Sequence record: OQ828465.1
Length of the DNA stretch: 64,000 bases
Reading direction: 5' to 3' (one strand)
Made by a program: the position numbers and the translations under genes. Numbering within the stretch: the stretch's first letter is position 1; every line of letters starts with the position of its first letter. This document shows, piece after piece, positions 37,322 to 46,246 of this stretch. The notes under the pieces are model-generated. The model saw only the letters and a list, made by a program, of their open reading frames with translations. It was not told the DNA's origin and did not search any database.

Positions 37322-37720
37322 ATGAAAATCTATGGTTCTTCTTTTCATGAGGTCACACTAGAATATGGAAAACCCTTTATACGCAATGGGGTTTTAAAAC
37401 ATTTACCTGATCTAGGTACACCAGACTTAGGATGGACTGATTTTAATATCCTTGAAATTATTCCAGGACCAGGTTATATCGATAAGAATACTCTAAACTT
37501 TTATAAAGAAAGAGATTGCTTATTTCCAGCAATCGTCAGGTTTACTGTATTTGAAGAAGAGCGTAATCGTATTATATCAACAATTAATGTTGATCTGGCG
37601 AAAAAGGAATTAGAGTGGAATAAGACTGATCGTTTTTGGGAAATCGAAAACTTTGCAATTAGATTCCAATTAACTCAAAATCCTTATTCAGTTTTATGGG
37701 CATCCAATGGATCACTATAG
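37322..37720 (+). CDS. Hypothetical protein
   Basis: 132-aa ORF. Confidence 0.75.
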   Translation: MKIYGSSFHEVTLEYGKPFIRNGVLKHLPDLGTPDLGWTDFNILEIIPGPGYIDKNTLNFYKERDCLFPAIVRFTVFEEERNRIISTINVDLAKKELEWNKTDRFWEIENFAIRFQLTQNPYSVLWASNGSL

Positions 37721-38141
37721 GTGTCATATGCTTACAATGGTTCCGTTATACCCTGGTGTGAGAGGATATCTTGAAGACTCGGTATTTTCAAAGAATGGGA
37801 TTAATGATATTGGTTATCATAAATGGCTATCCCCTAAACGAGTGGTAGGTCCAGATGGGCTAATCATTAGTGAGGTAAAGATAACTCCACGTATAGCCAG
37901 AATGGAAGGCGAAGTAATTCTTAAAGTATGGGATAAATGGCGAAGAGCCCAGCCTAAGCTAGTTGCTACTGTGTATATTGATCCTAAAGATAATTCATAC
38001 AGGGTAGAAGTAGAGCCTTTTTATGCATGTCGTCGGATATTACTTGAAGTGGATTTATGGGCTCAAGTAATACCTGGTGACCGTGCACCATTTGTAAATG
38101 ACTCTGTAGATGGTACATGGGCATCAAGAGATATTATTTAA
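37707..38141 (+). CDS. Hypothetical protein
   Basis: 144-aa ORF. Confidence 0.7.
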   Translation: MDHYRCHMLTMVPLYPGVRGYLEDSVFSKNGINDIGYHKWLSPKRVVGPDGLIISEVKITPRIARMEGEVILKVWDKWRRAQPKLVATVYIDPKDNSYRVEVEPFYACRRILLEVDLWAQVIPGDRAPFVNDSVDGTWASRDII

Positions 38142-38458
38142 TGCTTATACCAATTAAACTTCGTAAGACATTTAAAAGACTGGGCAAAAGACATTCTAAA
38201 AGAGTGTTGGCTGCCCAGTCATCTTTTCTGCCGTTTGGTGAATTAACGTTGAGGAAGCAAAGAATGCCTAAGAAAAATAAAGAATATATTCTTGATGTTA
38301 TTGATACTAATACTAAAGAACTACAGGCACAGATTAATACGTTAAGTGAACTTGTATGTGAACAACAGAAACAAATTAGTTTATTAAACAGAACACTAGT
38401 TGAGTTACAAGATAATTTGAAAAAAAAAAAGATATGGATTAAAAATGAATGTAGTTGA
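38117..38458 (+). CDS. Hypothetical coiled-coil protein (start uncertain; contains an A11 tract near its 3-prime end)
   Basis: Heptad-like LQAQINTLSELVCEQQKQISLLNRTLVELQ. Confidence 0.6.
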   Translation: MGIKRYYLMLIPIKLRKTFKRLGKRHSKRVLAAQSSFLPFGELTLRKQRMPKKNKEYILDVIDTNTKELQAQINTLSELVCEQQKQISLLNRTLVELQDNLKKKKIWIKNECS

Positions 38459-38774
38459 TGAGTACCTACTTTTGACCTTATTCTGGATAGTTGTTTTATT
38501 TTCATTTATCCATGTATCGCAACGTTATAAACGAATTAAAGAAAAACGAAGAGTTGATTTTCTAGTTAAAAGAGAATTAGTATATAATTATTTCAAAGTA
38601 ACAGATCCTTCTGAATTAACTAATGATTCTATAGAAAGTATTATACTTAAATTAATTGGTGATAATTATAGAAAATTAACAGATATGCAGAAATTAGTAA
38701 TTAGGGCAGCAGCAGGTCGTGGTTATATGTATAACCCTAACAGACCAATTGGCAAACATTTGAAATATATGTGA
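38445..38774 (+). CDS. Membrane-anchored hypothetical protein
   Basis: N-terminal hydrophobic helix YLLLTLFWIVVLFSFI. Confidence 0.7.
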   Translation: MNVVDEYLLLTLFWIVVLFSFIHVSQRYKRIKEKRRVDFLVKRELVYNYFKVTDPSELTNDSIESIILKLIGDNYRKLTDMQKLVIRAAAGRGYMYNPNRPIGKHLKYM

Positions 38775-38783
38775 GTTATAAAA

Positions 38784-39299
38784 ATGTCAGAAAACCGCCC
38801 GTTATATATAGCTGCTATTAAAAAAGATCTTTTAAAAACAACAGGTTTGTATAAACCTTATAATGATTCACCAATAGCTGTGGTTAGTAATGAAACCAGT
38901 AAGTGGCATGTAATGCTAAATATATTACGACATGGTTGGGAATGGATTGAAATACCTGAAGGTGAGATTAAACAACCGGAAAGTTACCATGACTATGTTA
39001 TTCTAGCATTAACCACTGTATTAACTGATACTTTAGATTATAAAAATGATCCAAACTCTGATAAATATATCAAACAAATAATCTGTACTGATATAGCACT
39101 AAAAGTTGAATATGATAAATTAATCAATGTGCTAGAGACAAGTAACGAGTTAGATTTAGCTGATGAATACACCTTTACTAAACAAGGTAATCTCAGAGGA
39201 TATTTCCATTATGATGAGTATTATGGTTTAGATGTACTGGCATGTGCATCTTATGTGATCTGTTCACATATCGAACTAACACCTAGAAATGTTAAATAA
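38784..39299 (+). CDS. Hypothetical protein
   Basis: 171-aa ORF. Confidence 0.75.
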   Translation: MSENRPLYIAAIKKDLLKTTGLYKPYNDSPIAVVSNETSKWHVMLNILRHGWEWIEIPEGEIKQPESYHDYVILALTTVLTDTLDYKNDPNSDKYIKQIICTDIALKVEYDKLINVLETSNELDLADEYTFTKQGNLRGYFHYDEYYGLDVLACASYVICSHIELTPRNVK

Positions 39300-39311
39300 T
39301 AGGAACTACTG

Positions 39312-39911
39312 ATGAAAAAACGTACCGCTTATATCGATCGTGCTAAATTCCGAGATTTTCTAGCCGAGAAAAAAATTAGCGTAAGTAGCCGACAGTGGAT
39401 TGAAAAGAGCCACCCAGATCATAAAGAATATTACAAGGCAATCCTAGATTACGTCGTATCTAATGTAAAATTCAAAGAAGAACGTTATATTGAAAAGGCA
39501 AATGAGGTTATTATTAATGGGTGTATTCGATATCATCTACCCATTCACGCTCAACGTGCACTAACTGTAGTTGAAGAAGAATTCATTAATAATGCTAGTC
39601 TTCAATTTACTTATCTGAATGATAATGATACTAATATTGCCAATATTAACTTTGAAGAAGTTCTTGATGCACAAGTAACTGAGAATGAAACTGAACTAAG
39701 ACAAAGTTGGGAATATGTCAATTGTGATATCAACCCATCAGAATACTTTATTGATGTTGTTGATGTACCAGAAGAACTAATTCTTCGTCTATCTGTATTC
39801 CGTTTTGTACACAGTATCAAGAAACTGGAAGTAAAGGATAAGTTAGATCTTGCCGATGTTGTAGGTAAAGATCTAGTTATTGAAGATGGTAACGTTAGGG
39901 TTGTAGAATGA
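39312..39911 (+). CDS. Hypothetical protein
   Basis: 199-aa ORF with AGGA SD. Confidence 0.8.
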   Translation: MKKRTAYIDRAKFRDFLAEKKISVSSRQWIEKSHPDHKEYYKAILDYVVSNVKFKEERYIEKANEVIINGCIRYHLPIHAQRALTVVEEEFINNASLQFTYLNDNDTNIANINFEEVLDAQVTENETELRQSWEYVNCDINPSEYFIDVVDVPEELILRLSVFRFVHSIKKLEVKDKLDLADVVGKDLVIEDGNVRVVE

Positions 39912-39964
39912 TTTAAGGCTATTTTAGTAGCTTTATATTCTGATCTTAGCAACCTAGGTACAAC

Positions 39965-40333
39965 GTGATGCAATGTTTAACACACGTAATGAAGTTAGTG
40001 GCCGTATTAAGTACGTTGTTATACGTATCAAACCCACTAGCTGCATCGTTGGTAGTTGACGAGAATTACTGTAATGGTGTTGCACTTATAGCACATGCCA
40101 CAGCAGAAGCACGTCAGCGTAAAACACCCATTTTACAATGGGAAGAAAACCTACGATCCCTAAAAGGGTACGGCGTGAAGAACAAAGATAACGTTCTTTA
40201 CAATGTTCTCCCAGCAGCAATTAAAGAGGTGCACGTTGTGTATTCACGTAGACAAAGCCCACGTGATGCATACGTTACATCATTTAAAACCTGTATGGAT
40301 AACAACTACGGTAAAGCTGTGGTTGTAAAATAA
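39965..40333 (+). CDS. Exported two-cysteine helical protein (dispersed member of the 52.8-55.7 kb family)
   Basis: Signal-like N-terminus; Cys36 and Cys110. Confidence 0.7.
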   Translation: MMQCLTHVMKLVAVLSTLLYVSNPLAASLVVDENYCNGVALIAHATAEARQRKTPILQWEENLRSLKGYGVKNKDNVLYNVLPAAIKEVHVVYSRRQSPRDAYVTSFKTCMDNNYGKAVVVK

Positions 40334-40335
40334 AT

Positions 40336-40360
40336 ACCAGCCCTTCGGGGCTGGTTTATT
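40336..40360 (+). terminator. Intrinsic terminator (UUCG loop)
   Basis: ACCAGCCC-TTCG-GGGCTGGT-TTATT. Confidence 0.9.
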
Positions 40361-40368
40361 TCATCTAG

Positions 40369-40686
40369 ATGAGAATCTGTGGGTTGCAAATGTATAAAGT
40401 ATTTGTTATATCAATGATAACACTAACGGCTATATCAACATGTGTAACTTTCATTATTAATATAAAAAATCATTATATTCACTGGATGGGTGTTTATAAG
40501 GTTAGATATGTATTAGATAAAATGCCCAATGGCATAAGTTATTTTTTCTATCAAAATGCTGTCCAAGACATTATAGATAAAGAATCATCTAAAATAACAA
40601 ATCAACATATTTTTACATCTTTTATTTACGATATCAACTCATTGATTATATTAAAATGTAATAATAGGGAAACAGCAAATGAATGA
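40369..40686 (+). CDS. Membrane-anchored hypothetical protein (start may be 40390)
   Basis: Hydrophobic VFVISMITLTAISTCVTFII. Confidence 0.55.
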   Translation: MRICGLQMYKVFVISMITLTAISTCVTFIINIKNHYIHWMGVYKVRYVLDKMPNGISYFFYQNAVQDIIDKESSKITNQHIFTSFIYDINSLIILKCNNRETANE

Positions 40687-40969
40687 TATCATGACAGTAA
40701 TTATAGGTATTTTGTTTCTGATTATAATGATGGCTTTAATTAACTGGGGTTATTATGCCATCAAACACACGATAAAGTGTAACAGGCTTTATAAAGAAGC
40801 ACTATCAATTATTGACAATATGAGTGATGGTTTATCTGAATACCAGTATACAGTAGCTATTGGACGTTTACGTAAAAAGGCATACTCTATCGACCATTTA
40901 ACTGCTGTTAAAATGTTTGAAGCATTAGACTTAGTTATTAAAGATAAGTCAAGAAAGAAAAATAAATAA
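40679..40969 (+). CDS. Membrane-anchored hypothetical protein
   Basis: N-terminal TM helix VIIGILFLIIMMALINWGYY. Confidence 0.7.
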   Translation: MNDIMTVIIGILFLIIMMALINWGYYAIKHTIKCNRLYKEALSIIDNMSDGLSEYQYTVAIGRLRKKAYSIDHLTAVKMFEALDLVIKDKSRKKNK

Positions 40970-40977
40970 GCATAAAT

Positions 40978-41003
40978 AGGAGAGCTATTTAGCTCTCCTT
41001 TAT
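40978..41003 (+). terminator. Intrinsic terminator
   Basis: AGGAGAGCT-ATTT-AGCTCTCCT-TTAT. Confidence 0.85.
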
Positions 41004-41026
41004 TGCATTAAATTTTTTTTGAAATC

Positions 41027-41034
41027 TATATTAC
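41027..41034 (+). promoter_or_regulatory. phiKZ-type early promoter
   Basis: TATATTAC in the context CATTAAA-T-tract-GAAATC-TATATTACA, shared with 56140. Confidence 0.85.
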
Positions 41035-41070
41035 ATATTTGGTCAAGTCATATCAAAATAGGTAGTTATA

Positions 41071-41244
41071 ATGCTAGCATTACATTCACTACTATTATTA
41101 GTTATAGTGATTTGTTATATAATTCATAAGTGGTTGTGGTATACTTTCAATATGTTTAAACTAAAAGACATTATTAAAAATAAAGACAATTTAACTAATG
41201 ATGAACTATTAAAATTACTCATTGATAAAATAAAGGCAACCTAA
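41071..41244 (+). CDS. Small membrane protein, 57 aa (MLALHSLLLLVIVICYIIHKWLW...), absent from the ORF track
   Basis: AGGT SD; first gene after an early promoter; TAATG-coupled to the next gene. Confidence 0.65.
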   Translation: MLALHSLLLLVIVICYIIHKWLWYTFNMFKLKDIIKNKDNLTNDELLKLLIDKIKAT

Positions 41245-41711
41245 TGTATCCATTCTTTACAGGTAATGAGAAAGTTACTGTAGATGTTCTTGATGATAAA
41301 CATAATCTACATAGAAGTTGGACTGATTATAAACATCCCATCACGACGCGTGTGGACGGTAAACTAACCAATGTGTGGTATAAAGTTGAACCACCGATGA
41401 GTGCTAAGGATATTGAAAATAACTTTACAATTGACAAAGATAAAGTTAAATTATCTAATCGTTTGCACCAAGCTTTAGATGCAACGTTGATTAAAAATGA
41501 ATTAGAAGAGTTTAACAAATTAATTGATCTATGCGTAAAACATGTTAATTCAGTTAGTATTCATCTAGGTCTTACTATTTGGAAATTAGCAGATACTGTA
41601 AAATATGAAAAAGCAGATTTAAAGAAACTATTTAATGCACATTATACCAAATCTACTGAACTTGTAAAAGAAAAGAATATAGTGCCCTCAGTAGAAGATA
41701 TCTTCCTATAA
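41244..41711 (+). CDS. Hypothetical protein
   Basis: 155-aa ORF. Confidence 0.75.
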   Translation: MYPFFTGNEKVTVDVLDDKHNLHRSWTDYKHPITTRVDGKLTNVWYKVEPPMSAKDIENNFTIDKDKVKLSNRLHQALDATLIKNELEEFNKLIDLCVKHVNSVSIHLGLTIWKLADTVKYEKADLKKLFNAHYTKSTELVKEKNIVPSVEDIFL

Positions 41712-41733
41712 TTTATTTAAAGGTAATACAAAT

Positions 41734-42642
41734 ATGCTAAAGGTAAAATCATTACTTACTGGCCATATTCTTCGAGCTACCTATGATTGGTTTCTTGAGA
41801 ATAACTTCAGAGATATTCTAATTGTAGCACATACTCAATTAGTACCTGATTTATCTGAGGTAGCTCTAAAGCATGCGAAAGAAGATCACACTATCACTTT
41901 CAATATCCATCCACGCTGTGCAAAGAATTTTTATATCAGTGACGAATATATCTCTTTCAATGTAACAGTAAATGGAGTTGGGGTCAGTATTAAACTTCCT
42001 CTTTATGCAGTATTGGGTGTAGTTACACCTATTGATGATAATTCTAACGCATTCTTTGAAATGCCGCTAGTGGATAGATATCTCAATGCAGATACTATTC
42101 GTGCAACATTAGAAGGAACTGTTAATAATGTAGTTGACAAAAACCCAGTATTAACTACCGTAGGTAATGTCACTGAGGTTAATTTTAAAAATAAAGCCGA
42201 TACCACTAATGGTAAGTTAGTTGTAAGGAATACATCTGAGAATGAGCATGATCAGATGATTGAAAGCGCCATTAACAGAGTAACTGAATTTAGTAATCCA
42301 GAATTAGATGCACATATTAGAGTAGCGGTAACTGCAATTAAACAGAATGCACCAGAATTAATTATGGATTGGTGTGAGCGGGTTATTAATTGTACACGTA
42401 ATGAAAACTATCAGGATAACATCAATGTACTTATGATGGAACTCCTCAGTTACCCTATTTCAAATGTGGTTAGTGAATCAACTGTGGACTCGGGTGATAA
42501 TACATCTAATTCATTTGACAATGATGTAAATAAGATGGTTGAGGATTTCAATAATTCTTCCAATTCGCAGATTATTATTAATAAACCTTCTCGTCCTACT
42601 GGTCCACCAAAACTCACTGTTATTAAAGGTGGTAAGAAATGA
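41734..42642 (+). CDS. sspB: SspB-like ClpXP protease adaptor with a long insertion
   Basis: ILRATYDWFLEN, ITFNIHP, ISFN and LPLYAVLGV align to the SspB core; C-terminal PKLTVIK resembles the ClpX-binding tail. Confidence 0.75.
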   Translation: MLKVKSLLTGHILRATYDWFLENNFRDILIVAHTQLVPDLSEVALKHAKEDHTITFNIHPRCAKNFYISDEYISFNVTVNGVGVSIKLPLYAVLGVVTPIDDNSNAFFEMPLVDRYLNADTIRATLEGTVNNVVDKNPVLTTVGNVTEVNFKNKADTTNGKLVVRNTSENEHDQMIESAINRVTEFSNPELDAHIRVAVTAIKQNAPELIMDWCERVINCTRNENYQDNINVLMMELLSYPISNVVSESTVDSGDNTSNSFDNDVNKMVEDFNNSSNSQIIINKPSRPTGPPKLTVIKGGKK

Positions 42643-42896
42643 ATGCAACTTTAGCAATTCTTTTTAGTAGTATCAGTATCGCTGGTTATCAAGCCAATGG
42701 TGCATCGCAGTCAACCACTGAGTTCTCTGACATGACTACTTGTTTTAGCGCGATTGAGCGTATTCAAAAACTAGCTAAAGCAAGTGCTATTCGTAATAAT
42801 GTAGAGACTGTAAAAATCAGCGATGGTGTTCTATTACGTTATTTTTCTTCTAGTACCAGTAAAGTAGAACATACTCTAATCTGTGTAAATAAATAG
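42639..42896 (+). CDS. Putative exported small protein
   Basis: Hydrophobic N-terminus; two Cys. Confidence 0.65.
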   Translation: MNATLAILFSSISIAGYQANGASQSTTEFSDMTTCFSAIERIQKLAKASAIRNNVETVKISDGVLLRYFSSSTSKVEHTLICVNK

Positions 42897-42904
42897 GTAC
42901 GGAT

Positions 42905-43612
42905 ATGTCTGAGAAAATGTATTTATCTTTTTCTGGAATTGGACACAATGACGTAATCAAACAAGATCTTAATGGATTCATTCCAATGGATGTATCAACT
43001 ATTGATACTGAAGTGGCTGATCGATTATTTTATACTCCATTCAATAGTTCTGAACCAGATACGTCATTACCTAATGTTGCTAATGTGGTATTCAAGGTAT
43101 TACCTATCCATATCGAGGATAACACTATCTGTGTTTTAGATAGTTGTTCTAGTACCGAATACTCATTGAATGACTTAGTTGATACCAGTGTCTCATCATT
43201 AGAAACATATGGTCCATTAATAGATTTACGTAGTAGTGATCCAATTGAGACATATGCTAATCAGGCAGTGTATACTTGGTTAAATAAGAATATCTGTGAT
43301 ATCGAATTTGAAGTACATGGCGGGCTGCAAGTGCAACTAACTGCTGACCAAGTGCGTTCCAATGTTAATGCATTTGTAGCAGGTATTGATCTTGACATCG
43401 ACGATAAATTGATGGTATATGTGGTGATTAAAATCAATGATCGTTTATACGATGCTTGGTCTAGTCAACATGTGGTGGAACCATTAACAATGTATCATGT
43501 ACAAGGTGGTCATGAGCCTATTGTCTATAGTGAAACCCATATTGAAAATAGCCTATTGCGATATGCTAAAGAGAAAGGTTGGGCTGAAATTTTGACTCGT
43601 ATTGGTCTGTAA
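42905..43612 (+). CDS. Hypothetical acidic protein
   Basis: 235-aa ORF. Confidence 0.8.
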   Translation: MSEKMYLSFSGIGHNDVIKQDLNGFIPMDVSTIDTEVADRLFYTPFNSSEPDTSLPNVANVVFKVLPIHIEDNTICVLDSCSSTEYSLNDLVDTSVSSLETYGPLIDLRSSDPIETYANQAVYTWLNKNICDIEFEVHGGLQVQLTADQVRSNVNAFVAGIDLDIDDKLMVYVVIKINDRLYDAWSSQHVVEPLTMYHVQGGHEPIVYSETHIENSLLRYAKEKGWAEILTRIGL

Positions 43613-43676
43613 TAAAAATACTTTTAATAGACTAATATTATAGGCAAAATACTGGCCGATTGGTTAGTTGCGCTTA

Positions 43677-43696
43677 GGGGGTCCTTCGGGACTCCC
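43677..43696. other. UUCG-capped hairpin without a plus-strand U-tract
   Basis: GGGGGTCC-TTCG-GGACTCCC. Confidence 0.6.
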
Positions 43697-43717
43697 GTAT
43701 GCCGTCTAGGAGGTTTT

Positions 43718-44011
43718 ATGTATACAGTTACACTTGAACAAGTAGGACACCGTATACAGTCTAGTTTAAGTGCTTTTGTAATTAGACCGTTTGAAAATAC
43801 CATTACGCATAATGATACGTCTTATTACTTGATTATGGGTAAAGATGATTTCGATAACATGCACATGGAATGGCGAGATGTAGCTGTAGCTGATAGTCAA
43901 GCCGTTATAATTGCTACATACACTCCATCAAAAAACTCATTTAATCTTGTAAAAAATGAATTAGGTATTCCGGTTGAAATCAAATACAAACGGATAGAGG
44001 TTGATCTGTGA
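43718..44011 (+). CDS. Hypothetical protein
   Basis: 97-aa ORF with AGGAGG SD. Confidence 0.8.
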   Translation: MYTVTLEQVGHRIQSSLSAFVIRPFENTITHNDTSYYLIMGKDDFDNMHMEWRDVAVADSQAVIIATYTPSKNSFNLVKNELGIPVEIKYKRIEVDL

Positions 44012-44038
44012 TTATTAGTAAGACTAGAGGAATAAAGT

Positions 44039-44239
44039 ATGGATCGTCTTGATGAAAGAATCGCATTCAGTGTAAAGTCGTACAAAATTTTCAATGCTCT
44101 CACCCATGGTCGAGTTCGGGCATTGATTATTAACTTTAAAGATGGTAAGGGTACGATCGTATCTATTAGTGATGAGCGCCGCCATGATAAACATCTCTGG
44201 TTCAACTGTGGACTAGTAGACAATCCGAGGATCAAGTAA
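44039..44239 (+). CDS. Small hypothetical protein
   Basis: 66-aa ORF with GAGGA SD, TAATG-coupled to thyA. Confidence 0.7.
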   Translation: MDRLDERIAFSVKSYKIFNALTHGRVRALIINFKDGKGTIVSISDERRHDKHLWFNCGLVDNPRIK

Positions 44240-45705
44240 TGGAACAATATCTTAATTCAATCCGTTTAGTTAAAGAACACGGTGTACATAAAGGTGACCG
44301 TACTGGTACTGGTACTCAGAGCATGTTTGGTCAACAAGAACGTTATAGTCTGCGTAATAATCAGCTACCAGTTGTAACCACCAAGAAGATTCATCTAGCT
44401 TCTGTAATTCATGAATTGTTCTGGATGCTGTCAGGTGATACTAAGGTGGATTACCTGATCGCTAATGGTGTACGCATCTGGAACGAGTGGGTTAAACCTG
44501 AAACCGCAGTATATGAGCCGATGACCGATGAGGCCGTTCTTAAAGCAGTAACTGCCCTCATTGGTGCCCCATTCGTAATGTACTTACATTGTATGAACGA
44601 TGACTCTACTCCATTCATTGAGACTGTAGCGGAATTCGAGTCGGGTATGACTCCAGAGACTATTCAGGCCTTCTGGGATGAATATCCAGTTAACCGTGAG
44701 GAAATCCAATACATCATTGGAGTTAGCGTAACGTCGTGGAATAGGTTCGCTACTGAAGGGTTCGATGAAGCCAAAAATCCTGAAGGTATTCGTGCTGAAT
44801 ATAACAAGCGACTGTATCGTGCTTTGATGCATAAAGAACCAGAGCGTCTGGTCGGCGGCGATCTAGGTGCTGTTTACGGTAAGACATGGCGTAATCTTGA
44901 AGACACTCGTGTAATCCCTAAATATGAGTGGTTTGATTATGAGAAGCGTGGTTTTGACTTCGTGGCGGATATCCCAGGTACAACCATGGAAACCGATAGA
45001 TGCGTGGTTACTCGACGTATCGACCAAATCCAAGACATCATCGATCAACTTCGCACCAACCCGGATTCTCGTCGGATCATTGTTTGTGCATGGGCGCCAC
45101 ATCTTATTGATGAGCAGGCACTCCCACCTTGCCACGCATTTATTCAGTTCTGGACCCGTGAACTGACCGTAGATGAACGAGTGCAAGCTCTAGACCAAAC
45201 CCAGTTCGAAGCTGATGCTTATCATGATAAGATTAGTGGTGAGATTACTCGTGGTCAACCTCCATTCGATAGTGCTGAGCAGGTTAAAGCACTTCTGCGT
45301 GTCTGTCGTGGTTATGAAAAGGCTACAGATGAAGCAGTAGTAGAATGGCTGGATCAACATGGTGCTCCGAAACGAGCCATCAGTTGTCAACTCTATCAAA
45401 GATCTTGTGATACTTTCTTAGGAAAACCCTTTAACATCACATTCTATAGTCTGCTGACTCACATGTTAGCTAACCAAATGAATATGATTGCTGAAGAGTT
45501 TATCTGGACTGGTGGTGATGTACATATTTACTCTAATCACCAAGAACAGACTGATCTTCAATTAACTCGTGAACCGAAGGTTCTACCAACTATTCGTTTC
45601 AAACAAGAAGCTATTGGTAAAGATATTCGGGAAATTGGTGTAGATGATTTTGTTATCGAAAACTACGAATATCATTCACACATTGCTGGTAAAGTTGCTG
45701 TCTAA
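44239..45705 (+). CDS. thyA: Thymidylate synthase with two large insertions (gp235-like)
   Basis: DRTGTGT, LPVVTTKKI, ELFWMLSG, LGAVYG, LPPCH and YQRSCDTFLGKPFN motifs. Confidence 0.97.
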   Translation: MEQYLNSIRLVKEHGVHKGDRTGTGTQSMFGQQERYSLRNNQLPVVTTKKIHLASVIHELFWMLSGDTKVDYLIANGVRIWNEWVKPETAVYEPMTDEAVLKAVTALIGAPFVMYLHCMNDDSTPFIETVAEFESGMTPETIQAFWDEYPVNREEIQYIIGVSVTSWNRFATEGFDEAKNPEGIRAEYNKRLYRALMHKEPERLVGGDLGAVYGKTWRNLEDTRVIPKYEWFDYEKRGFDFVADIPGTTMETDRCVVTRRIDQIQDIIDQLRTNPDSRRIIVCAWAPHLIDEQALPPCHAFIQFWTRELTVDERVQALDQTQFEADAYHDKISGEITRGQPPFDSAEQVKALLRVCRGYEKATDEAVVEWLDQHGAPKRAISCQLYQRSCDTFLGKPFNITFYSLLTHMLANQMNMIAEEFIWTGGDVHIYSNHQEQTDLQLTREPKVLPTIRFKQEAIGKDIREIGVDDFVIENYEYHSHIAGKVAV

Positions 45706-45712
45706 CATAAAT

Positions 45713-45737
45713 GCCTCCCTTTGGGGAGGCTTTATTT
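45713..45737 (+). terminator. Intrinsic terminator
   Basis: GCCTCCC-TTTG-GGGAGGC-TTTATTT. Confidence 0.9.
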
Positions 45738-45838
45738 CCCTATGGTTCATTTGGGATATTCAGCGAATACTACTATGCACAGACTCCTGCCTAGTGGACC
45801 GATGTAGTACGTAAATACAATACAAAGGAATTTGTCCT

Positions 45839-46246
45839 ATGAACAACACTGAACTGAAGCGTCAACTTGAAATGGTTATTGAACTGATGGGGGTCTTTCC
45901 TGATCCTCTCACGATCGGTATCGCCGGTAATAGAGTAACCAAAGAAACTCGCTGTAGCCTTTTTAACGGAAAAGATCCAGGTGAAGAGTTTAGTATTGGT
46001 CTTGGTATCAGTAGTCGCAAGCAATGGTTGAAGCTTGCAGATCATGCACTGATTCTTACTAAGCCCGAGAAAGAGCCTATTGTCATCCCGTACGAGGCTA
46101 TATGCGAACTATCGGCACCACTGAAATTCGAAGAGGAACTTGTGAGCAAAGGTTGGTTTGTATACAACTTGCTGGGTACATCGATGTTCATGTATCTGGA
46201 CACAGGTAAAGAAGAAAAACTCAAATTTGAAAAGGTTGGTGGATAA
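45839..46246 (+). CDS. Hypothetical protein
   Basis: 135-aa ORF with AAGGA SD, TAATG-coupled to the next gene. Confidence 0.8.
   Translation: MNNTELKRQLEMVIELMGVFPDPLTIGIAGNRVTKETRCSLFNGKDPGEEFSIGLGISSRKQWLKLADHALILTKPEKEPIVIPYEAICELSAPLKFEEELVSKGWFVYNLLGTSMFMYLDTGKEEKLKFEKVGG

Noticed and set aside
38134-38505. 123-aa minus-strand ORF (likewise 39611..39973, 43897..44247, 54619..54975)
   Set aside because: Fully overlap well-supported plus-strand genes; no minus-strand expression signals seen
44239-45705. Intein or intron in thyA
   Set aside because: The inserts are in frame, have no stops, and lack Cys/Ser...His-Asn splice ends and LAGLIDADG/HNH motifs
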